From Vitrella brassicaformis CCMP3155 (lineage: Eukaryota; Protista; Chromerida), in the NCBI GenBank assembly GCA_001179505.1, contig CDMY01000228.1:62001-126000 (forward strand): a stretch of DNA of 64,000 nucleotides, in the 5' to 3' direction. Below, piece after piece: positions 36,201 to 46,208 of the stretch (its first letter is position 1; every line of letters begins with the position of its first letter). The notes below the pieces were generated by a model, which was not told where the DNA came from, ran no database searches, and saw nothing but the letters and a program-made list of their open reading frames with translations. Both the position numbers and the translations under genes were made by a program.

Positions 36201-37580
36201 AAGCCGCCCAGACACTGATGCCGCAGAGAGCATCACCCAGTAGGTGGCAGCAACCGTCGTGCAGAAAGCACTGTCTTGTGTGTGCGATGGGTTGCAGTGA
36301 CGCTGTGGATGAGAAGGACGCCACACGAACCCCAGCGAGGCCGGCAGACGCCGATCCCGCCGAAAATGAAACCAGGTGGGTGACAGCCACCACTTCGGCA
36401 TAAGAAATCATGTGTCTGCCATGTGTGTCTGATGAATTGCAGATGTGGAGAAGTCGTCAAGCGCTGGCAGGAGAAGTATTCGGCGGCCATCCGCGAGCGC
36501 GATGCTGCCCGAGAGGCCCTCAGACAGACAGAGAGCACCCTGCATGCCGAACGCGATAAGTGAGAAGAACCAGCCAGCAGAGCAGAGGGGACTACACTTA
36601 TACGTGCGGTGCAGGGGAGAGTCTGACCGTCAGAAGGTCAAGTCCCTCAGCACATCGCTGCAGCAGGCGAAGCAAGAATGCACCAAAGCCCAGAAGGAGG
36701 CCAAGCAGCTGACCACCAGGTGAGGACACTAACGAGGCACAGCTGCATCGGCCATACGGGTCTGTGTCTGGTGCAGGTTAGACAAGCAGGTAGAGGTGGC
36801 CGAGAGGGAGAAGGCCAGCAAGGACGAGGCCATAGCTGCCGCCCAGCGACAGGCCCACACCCTCACTGACGAAAAGGACAAGTGAGCGGCTGTTCTGATA
36901 CACAAGGCACCGCTCAGCCACATGCCGACTGGTTTCCCTCTCAGGATGAAGGCTCGCCTGGACGGCACCGTGAAAGAGAGGGACGCCGCACACAAGAAGA
37001 TCCGAGAGTAGGCAACATCAAGACGCCACGCGGTGACGTTGCCTGCTTGTCCTTTCTCCATTGTTTGTGTGTGTGCAGTTTAGAGGCATCTGTCCGGGAG
37101 CTGCAGGCAGACGTGGGCTGCCTCGACTCTGCTAGCATCGACAGGTGGGCGCCACTTAAAAGAACGAAAAATCAACGTATCGCTGGCCTGTCTCTCGTCA
37201 TGCATGCCTTTGTCATCAGGTTGTCTGCTGACCGGCTGGAGCACACCGACCAGGAGGGCGTGCGAAGTTTCCAGAGCGACATCCAAGAGGCCATGCAGCA
37301 GCTGGCGTCTGCTCGCGACCGGCTGATGGGCCGCCTGGCCGGCGTGTCTGACCAGGAGCGGCAGCTGCGTGAGCTGGAGGTGCAGGCCAAGGAAAAGGCC
37401 GATGACCTACAGAAGTGTGTCGTCTGCATGGACGAGGCTCAGCCCGCCACCATTGTGCTGAGTCCCTGCCGCCACATGTGTCTGTGCGACAAGTGCTGGC
37501 GCAAGTACCGCAGGAGAGAGTGCCCCATGTGCCGCAAACCTTTTGACCGCGACAGGTCGGGGGCGGTCTACATGTCGTAG
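33204..37580 (+). CDS. Signal peptide-ankyrin repeats-TM-coiled coil-RING(C3HC4) protein, copy B (two ankyrin blocks)
   Basis: MMMLFFISLLLAANGHA/G; ankyrin block 1 (33443-34520) and block 2 (34750-35660); TM PWSVALVLCCVAVLLLA-NRRMRRR; RING CVVC...PCRHMCLCDKC...CPMC; near-identical to copy A from the TM onward. Confidence 0.85.
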
Positions 37581-38050
37581 CTATATGCAGCTGGGGTGGG
37601 TGAGTGGGGTTCCTGGGGTGCGTGTGCATGGGTGTGTGTGAATGCGTGCAGTGTGCCATTTGTGGCTTCATGTACAAGCAATGAAGGTGTGGGCCGGGGC
37701 GGGAAGTAGCTCTTGCAGGTATACAATTAATTAGTGGGGACAGCAGGTCTTGCTGTTCAGGTGTTGACTGGGCTTATCGTAGATGGCGCTGCCTCTTTTG
37801 GTATGGTTTTGCGTGTGGCATTCTCCAACCGCCTACAGGTCGTAGCCATGCAGCTGAGGGGGTGGGTGCCTGGGGTGCGCTGTGTGCGTGTGGATGGTGC
37901 ATTCATGTAGCGCGCCATTTGTGGCTATATATTCAAGCGATGTGGGCGTGGGTATTTAGTATTTCTTGCAGGTATACAATTGGTGGGGACACCAGGTCTT
38001 GCTGTGCAGGTGTTGACTGGGCTTATCGTAGATAGCGCTGCCTTCTCTTG
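37566..38050 (+). repeat. ~265-bp direct tandem duplication of the last codons and 3' UTR of the ankyrin-RING gene
   Basis: Both units contain ATGCAGCTG..GGGGTGGGTG, CCATTTGTGGCT, TCTTGCAGGTATACAATT, GGTCTTGCTGT.CAGGTGTTGACTGGGCTTATCGTAGAT.GCGCTGCC. Confidence 0.85.
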
Positions 38051-39442
38051 ATTCGCCATTGTGTTGTGTGTGGTGTGCGGATTCGAATCCACAACAAGGC
38101 GAATATCAATCAGTTTGTGACACCACGATTGATTCAACCACGCACACATGACGATGCAATTTGTCCTCACAGGCCGACACACGAGCCTGCAGCTGTTCCA
38201 GTGACCACACATGACTGCCTGCACGATAGGTACATTCCCTCCTCTGTTGGCCCTTCCGTGCACCGCATCCAGCCAGCATCTAGCGTCGAGCAAGAAGATC
38301 GTTCTCGCCTCGACACACGCCGTCCACCCATCGCTGCACAGTCTGTCGAGTCGATACGATCCATCCCCTACCATGCCACCACACAGACAGACAGACATCA
38401 GCCCCACTGCATCGAGCATTTCACAGCACACACACACCAGGCCGCCCCTCCCTCTCATGAGTCTCGGCAAAAAGTGAGGGTGGGTGGGTGGCGCAGTCTC
38501 AGTCGGTCGGTCGGTCAGTGGTCGAGTGAGGGGTCAAGTCGAGTGTCGGTCAACACAAGCAAGCGACGCAAGCGTTCCGAAAAAAGGGAATGCCGCAGCA
38601 GTGCAAAGGGGGAGGGGGAAACGGGGGGACGGAGATACGGATGTCTTTGGTCTGTCTGTCTGTAGGGAGGGTGTCTCCGCGTCTCCCTCGACGGTCCCAT
38701 CGCTTCTGCGTATGTCGCGTTAGCGCATACGAGAGCGACAGGCCAGCCATGAGAAACGGCGGAGGCCCACCCGTCCACATGACACAGACATAGTGAGAAT
38801 TAATGCTTCATGTACACGACGACATACACGCAATAACCAGACAGTGTCCGACCAATCCAGCCAGCAGTGATAGTCCATCCATCCATCGGGGAGGCGTGGG
38901 CACCGATAGGTCCTCTTGTACGATGCCGGAACGGGTTACAGATGCCTGAGTCCCATGTGTGATGGGACGCTGACATCTCACTCGCCATCACGGCAGCGCA
39001 CAAGAGAAGCTATCAGCCCACCCCATAAACCGCAGGCACACAATAACTGTTCTTACAACGATACATGTGATATATATGTGTGTGTGTGTGTGTGTGTTGC
39101 TCTCAGCTGATGCCCCCGATTCGCCCGCCAACAGTGAGGCCAAGGCTCTCCCCACTGAGTTGCGAGAGAGCCGTTGCCTCAATGCCTGAGGAGTCATCGT
39201 GGGCATCTTCAGCAGAGCACACAGTAGTGATTCCAGCAGACAGGCCAAGCCAACAGCGATCTGTTCAAATACGTCCGGCCGTCCGTCGCCACCCACACAA
39301 TGCGACCCCATACCATCCACACCCGCCATAACGCACCAACCAACCACCACAAGGCATCAAAATCGTACACACCCACCCATCCCTCCACCCCAACACGCAC
39401 GACAAACACACACACACACACATCCATCCATCCATCCGCGCA

Positions 39443-41887
39443 TCATGCCTCCGTCCTCAGTCGCTTCTCAGCCGCCCCCTCCTCCCTCTCCCTCTCTCCC
39501 TCCCCCCTGACCTCACTGTCAGCAGCACACGGCAGCAGCGCCCTCTTGCCGTTGCCGTTGATGTCGTTGATGTGGCCATTGGTGCCGTTGACACCGTTGA
39601 CCATCAGCTTGGGGTTCGACGACGTGCTGGGCGACGGCGTGTCGGTGTTGTCGACGTGTGCGGGGGAGGGGCGCGCACTGTGCCGCTGGAAGAACTCCAG
39701 TGCACGCTTCATGGCCGTCGAGAGGTCGGCGAGCAGATCGGAGGCGTTCTCGAGACCGACGGACAGTCTGCATGTGGTGTGTGAGAGAGAGAGAGAGAGA
39801 TGAAGAAGGAGAGGGAAAGAGTGTGTGTGTGGGTGTGTGTTGGCTGACCGGACGATGTCCTCAGGGATGCCCCTCATGTCTTTTGGGATGGAGGCGTGTG
39901 AGAGCACGCAGGGCATCTCGATGAGCGAGTTGCACGACCCGAACGACACCGATATCTTGAAGATCTTGCAGAAGTCGCAGATCTTGCGCGAATACCGAAC
40001 CGAACCCGTCTCGAAACTGATCACCGAACCTGCACACATACATTCCCCACATACACACTCTTCCCCTCTCTCCCTCTCCCTCTCCCTCTCTGTATGTGTG
40101 CGGCAACACTGACCTCCGCCCCTTGATTGGCTCTTGTGTAGCTCGAACGCGCCCTCAGGATGGTCCTTGGGGTGTCCGGCGTAGTGCACCTTGCTCACGA
40201 GTGGGTGTTTGGCGAGGAACTCGGCGATCTCGCTGGCGGTCTGCTGCATGCGATCGTGCCGGATGGCGAGCGTCTTGAGGCCCCGCAACGTCAGCCAGCA
40301 GTCGAACGGCGACAGTGCTGAGCCCTCAGCATTCTGATATGTTTACACACATGAGATGGGTGTTCGGTGCGGTCTGTGTGTTTGTTGGTGTGCTGGCGGG
40401 GTGGGGTATGGTGGGTGCGTGGGCTCACTTGCACGAAGGCGATCTGCCGGGCAAGGTCCTCAGACGAACAACACACAAAACCTGACAGACACCGAATGCA
40501 ACGCACAGAATGTTGCATGCTCATCTCCTTTGTGTGTGTCTGAGTCTGTGTGTGTGTGTGTGGGTGGGTGTGTGGGTGTGGGTGTGTGTGTGGCTTACCG
40601 GCCATGGTGTCGGAGTGTCCTGCGAGGAACTTGGTAGCCGAGTGAATGATGACGTCGGCGCCGAGCTTGATGGGGTTCATCAGGTAGGGGCTCATCATCG
40701 TGCTGTCAACCACCAGCCACGCCTTGTACTTGTGAGCCAAATCTGACATCCACACACACACACACACAAACGGATGGATGGGCACAGAGAGATAGAGATA
40801 AGGACGCCTGATGCGCGCGCGCGCGTGTGCGTGTGTGTGTGTGTGTGCCTGACCGGCGCATCTCCTGACGTCGCTGATCCTCATGAGAGGGTTGGACGGC
40901 GTCTCGATGTACACGATCTTGGTCTTGGAACTTATCACACGGGCGATCTCGTCCACGTCGGTGGTGTCGACGAAACGAGTCGCTATGCCCTGAGAGAGGG
41001 AATGACACAGAGACCGACAGAAATGCACACGTGTGCCTGCCTATTCAGCAAGGAATGCGGGAGCGTGACGCACCGCACCCACCTGTTTGGCGCAGATGCG
41101 CGTCAGAAGTCGGTGTGCGCCGCCATAGATGTCATCACTGCAGATGATCTCATCCCCAATCTGCACACACCGACCGCACACAACACACGCCTCAATGAAG
41201 GTCAATCCACACATCCATGTGAGTGTGTGGTAGTGAACGTACGTCGCACAGCCTGGTCATGGCGGTCATGGCGGCCATGCCCGAGTTGAAGGCAAAGGCC
41301 GCGTGCGCCGACTCCAGCGACGCCACCAACTCCTCTACTGCTGTGCGAGTGGGGTTACCAGAACTGTGTGATCACACACACACACAATGGCTCTCGTATG
41401 CGTGTGTCTGTTGCTCCCTTGGTGCCTCCCTCCCTGCCTCCGTCACCCACTTCACTTACCGCGTGTAATCGTAGGGCCCAAACCTCTCAATGGAGGGCTG
41501 CTGGAAGGTGGCTGTCTGGTAGATGGGCATGCTAGTTGGGTGGTAAGGGTCCAGCTTGCAGGGGTCGAAGGCCACGATGTGCGTGTCCATGTTGGCCTCC
41601 TCCGGCTTATCTTTGAAGGACGGCCGCACCGGGTACGTCGGCAGCTGGTTGTAGTCGAACCCGAGCAGGTGCTCCTCCTCGTCGCCCTCGTCAGCAGCCG
41701 TCGGGAAGGTGATATACCGAGGGTCGTTCTCCACGTTCGGGTCGCCGTGAGAGTGCGGCGAGGGGCTCCGCGGGCCGAGGTTGGGCGACTTGGGGTTGTG
41801 CGGGTCGGGCGTCATCTTGACGCCGCTGCTAGTGGTGCTCGCCGGCTGCAGGCCTGCAGGAGACGACACCGGCCCGTTCGACGTCAT
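39443..41887 (-). CDS. metC: Cystathionine beta-lyase (plant/fungal-type, PLP-dependent Cys/Met metabolism family)
   Basis: DPYHPTSMPIYQTATFQQP..YDYTR/SGNPTR, FNSGMAA, IYGGAHRL, IETPSNPL, VVDSTMMSP, HSATKFLAGHSD (PLP lysine), LSPFDCWLTLRGLKTL, SVSFG, RLSVGLE; ~100-aa N-terminal extension without a signal peptide. Confidence 0.92.
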
Positions 41888-42055
41888 GATGCGGGGTCAC
41901 AAACACTAAGAATGCGCCGTCGTGTCCTGAAAGCGCTCCTTTGGGACGAATCAAGGACAGCAGTCTCTCTCTTTTCAAGCTCGCATGATTTGTGGGAACC
42001 GTGAAACCGCCTCTTGTCGCCTGAACCAACCTTTTTTTGAGGCAATTCAACGAGG
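41888..42055. promoter_or_regulatory. Putative 168-bp bidirectional promoter region (cystathionine beta-lyase / pflA)
   Basis: The only DNA between two divergent ATGs; free of microsatellites. Confidence 0.5.
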
Positions 42056-42795
42056 ATGTCTGAGATCGTAAGCTACTGGTGGCAGTATTTTGTCCACCAC
42101 CTGCCTAGCCACCTGTCTGTCGGCGCCGTGGTCATCCTGAGGCCGCTATGGCGCTTCCTGACGCTCTGGCCCAAGCTGCTTCTCCCAGCAACAAACAGGA
42201 GGACAGCCGCCCTGCCCCACCCCCACTCCCACTCCTCCCACCAGCCTCCCCCCCTCTCCATCCCTCCCGAGCCAGAGCCATCCCACGAGAACACCCTGCC
42301 GAAGCTCATCGTCCCGGAGTCGGTGAGGCACGCCTCACGGCTGTCCCTGTCGAGCCACCTGGACTCGATGCGGCCCGCGCCGCTCGATATTCGCGTGTCC
42401 AAGAAGACGCGCCACTCGCAGACTTCGATTGGCGGCATCGCCAGCAGTCTGACGATAGACCACTCGCCGCATGGGGCGTTGCGGACGCCGCAGCTGGGTC
42501 CGCCTGGGAGTGACAAGGCGGACAGGGAGATGATGCAGCTGCTGCACGACCTCAGCATCGAGGACGTCATGGGCAGCAAGGGAGAACTGTAAGCAGAGAT
42601 ATGGATGGATGGATGGGTGAATGGCACAGATGTCTATCTATCTGTTTCATTGTGTCCTTTGTGTTTTGTGTGCAGTGCGCGTGAGGCGGCGTTTATGCAT
42701 GGCGACACGCCCCGATCGTCTGAGCAAATACCAGATGTGAGCCAACGTGGAAGCATGCAGGATAGCTAGAGAGACAATGACTCTGTCTGCACGTC

Positions 42796-42834
<39 letters not shown>

Positions 42835-44155
42835 GTGACGGGGCGTGTCCACTCGGTTGAGTCCATGACGGCCGTGGACGGGCCGGGGCTCAGGTACCTC
42901 ATATTCACTCAGGTACGTTCCCCGACCCATGCAGAGAGAGAGATGCACACACGATTGGTTTGTCTGATCCATTCATTCATGTGTGAATGGAATGTCCTCT
43001 GAGTGTGTGCTGTGCTGTGCAGGGCTGCCCTCGCCGTTGTGTGTTTTGTGCAAACCCCGACTCATGGGACCCAAAGGGCGGCATCGAGGTGGGTGAGCAC
43101 AGCCTCCCTCCTACGCCCCTCAACCACCTCCACCCACATATCAGCACATGCAGCGCATCAAAGTGATGAGTGTGGATGTGATGTATGTGTCTCTCTTATG
43201 TAGATGTCGTCCAAGGCAGTGGCGAAGCAGCTGCGCAAGTGTAAGCCGTACCTCAAGCCCAACGGCGGCGGCATCACCTGTTCGGGCGGCGAACCGCTCA
43301 TGCAGCCACACTTCATCGCAGCGGTCTTTGAAGAGGCACACGTACGCCCACACACCCCACCACCACACACCCACACAGACACAGGCAGAGAAACATCCGT
43401 CCCTTGCGTGTGTTGTGTGTCAGTTGCTGGGTCTGACCACGTGTCTTGACACGACGGGTTTCGGCAACACGCGTTCGTGGCAGATCACCTTGCCCCACAC
43501 CGACCTGGTGCTGCTGTGCCTCAAGTCGTTCGACCCCCACAAATACAAAGAACTCACCAAATCCACACACAAATCGGCGGTCAGTGCAGTGAGCGAAGAG
43601 AAGACAGATGGGTATTAGACTAGACGTTTATATGTGTGTGTGTGTGTGTGTGTGTGGTGTCAGTATGAGTTTGCAGAGGAGTTGGAGCGTCGGGGCATCC
43701 CCTGGTGGCTGCGGTTTCTCTTCATACCCGGACACACCGACAACGACTTCGAATACACACACTGCGAGGTGAGTATTGATGCCTGTGCACCTACCTACCT
43801 GTGTTGATTGACATGACCTGCATTCAATTCACCTCTCTCTCTGCGGCGCGGCCTTTCAGAACTTCGTCAAGGCCCACTCGAGCTGCAAAGGGGTGGAACT
43901 CCTGCCCTACCACACGCTCGGCGTCGAGAAGGTCGGTCTCTGCACACAGCCCCACCACACACACACACACACTCACACACACGCGCAAACACCACCGTGC
44001 TGTCTTGTGTGCTGTGTTTCCCCCTCATCGACCAGTGGAAGAACCTTGGTCTGCCTTACGTGTTTGAGGACATGCAGCCCCCGCCAAAGGACAAGGTTGC
44101 AGCGCTCAAGCAGAGGTGGGAGGCCGCCGGGGTGCCCGTCATGCTCGCACAATAA
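42056..44155 (+). CDS. pflA: Pyruvate formate-lyase activating enzyme (radical SAM) with ~200-aa N-terminal extension
   Basis: VTGRVHSVESMTAVDGPGLRYLIFTQ/GCPRRCVFCANPDSW (CxxxCxxC), GGITCSGGEPLMQ, TCLDTTG, DLVLLCLK, WLRFLFIPGHTD, VELLPYHTLGVEK/W. Confidence 0.92.
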
Positions 44156-46208
44156 GTGAATGAAGTGGTGGATGGGGGTCAGTCAACTTCAGGGAGACGA
44201 ACGTTGAGTGAGGAATGGGCAGTGGTGGGTAGTCTTGTGGGTAGCCTGTCTGTCTGTCTGTCTGTCTGTGCGTGCCTATCGCTCATGTTTGTCTCCCTGG
44301 CTTTTGTTTTTCTGGGTCGGGAAAAGGTGTGTGTGGGATTCTTTTGTTTTCTCGTCTCGCCTCTTTTGTCGTCTTGTGGGAGGCGTGCTGTATATTTCTC
44401 TGCTTTAATGCTGCTTTCTCCCCTACTTGTCTGTCTTGTCTGAATCTAACCTTGCTGCCTGCCTGCCTGCCTTGCCTTGCCTTCATGCAGACAGACATCC
44501 GGGGCTTGGTAGGTCAGTACACAAGCCCGCACACACACGTACAGTACATGCACTCCATTCCTTCCTTCCCATCCCTGTCTGTGTGCGTGTCGGCGCTGAG
44601 GGTGACCCTGCGAGCGAGAGAGAAGAGGCCACCACACACACACCTCACCACCTCTCCCAGACACATACAGAGGTGCAGACGTGTGTGCGTGTGGCTCTCC
44701 TTCTCTCTGGACGTGTGGGCTTGAATGAATGTGTGAGGGGAGCGTGTGTGTGTACGTGTTGTTGTGCATACAACACTAGTACAGGCAAGCAGTAGCAGCA
44801 CAGAGCGAGAGGGGGAGGGAGAGAGAGGCGTTTGACCTTTTGCTTGCTGACCCGCTCGGTGCTTGCTTGCCTGTCGGGAGAGGGGGAGGAGGGTGCAGGG
44901 GAGAGAAACATAGGGCTCCATCCACCCACCCAGCCACCCAGCCACTCCGTCCTTTTTGTCCATTTTTGAATGACCACATCCATCGGCACACCACATCAGC
45001 CACCCCCCCCCCGACCCTGCCTGTCTGCCTGTGCGTGTCTGTCGGTGCATTGTGTGGTTTTGTCGTCACGTCGTGTTTGTTGCCGGCTGGGAAGGGGAGC
45101 TCTCAGCGCACATACAGGGGAGGGAAGAGGGAACAAGGGAGAGACTGACTGGCTGCGAGGGGGGAGAGAGTGGACACACAAGGGGCGGGCCGGTGGAGCA
45201 GAGCGGAGCCCCTGTGCAGTGCATTTCTCGTCTGTCTGTCTGTCTGTCTGTATGGCTGACCTCGTTGGCTGACTGACTACTGTCACGAACGGATAGACAT
45301 GGTGCGTCATGATGGATGCGTCTCATTGTCTTTCCACTTTTTGGTTTGGTTAAGTACTCTGACTGACTCCCTGACTTCCTCACCTCATTGGCTAGCCCCA
45401 GCTAACGCTCATGTCCTACGACTGACTGCACCCGTCCATCCATCCATCCATCCATTCCGTCCATCGAGCACGCAAAACATAGATGCCCGTCTCCCGTGGA
45501 GTCGACCAGTGCCCTTCTCTGTCTGCCTGTCTGCCTGTCTATCGTCCCGTTCCCGTGTGTCCACCCTTGCCGACCGCACTCCGACGGTTCGGGCAGCCAC
45601 GAAGATGACTGCGCGAAATGCCGTTTTGATGCGGTCAGGAAGGGTGGATACACGGGGGCGCAGACGACAGGTTTGGTATCCATCCCTCTTATCTGTGTGC
45701 CTGCCTGCCTGCCACATGATTCAATCGGTCGGTCGGTCACTCACCCACCCCTCATGGATGGGGCGGGGCGATGGACTGACGGACGGATGGATGGATTGGA
45801 GAGGAATATGGTGGAGCTAGCCACCCTTTTGCACACACAGACACACACGACACACGTCACACATCCATCTCGCCCGATCGCTCCTGCCTGTCTGCCTGCC
45901 TGCCTGACACAGATTGACATTTTGATGCACGTACGTATGCATCGCTGCCTGCCTGCCTGCCTTACTGACTGAGCGCATGGCTGCCTGACCGATCCCGCTG
46001 CCTCCGTGGCCGTTTTTCGCTCCACCGGGCGAATGGCCGTCTCCTCTGGTCCTGCTTACCTGTCTGTCTGCCTGTCTGCCGGTTGCCGCGGTGGCCCCTT
46101 GAGCGCATTGAGACAGCGATGCACTCTTTTTTCGTTAAGGCGCGATTGATCGAACGTTGGATGACCGTTCGTTGCACTCGTCTCGGTCGATGCATTGCAC
46201 CCGCCCCG

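Noticed and set aside
38079-38090. GGATTCGAATCC, resembling a tRNA T-arm
   Set aside because: No acceptor stem, D-arm or anticodon arm in the flanks; it is just a 12-bp palindrome.
38988-39350. Minus-strand ORF (QIAVGLACLLESLLCALLKMP...) downstream of CBL
   Set aside because: No start or linked exons could be assembled and no recognisable motif was found; not called.
42056-44155. pflA or the deaminase as bacterial contamination
   Set aside because: Both are interrupted by canonical GT-AG introns in the host style.
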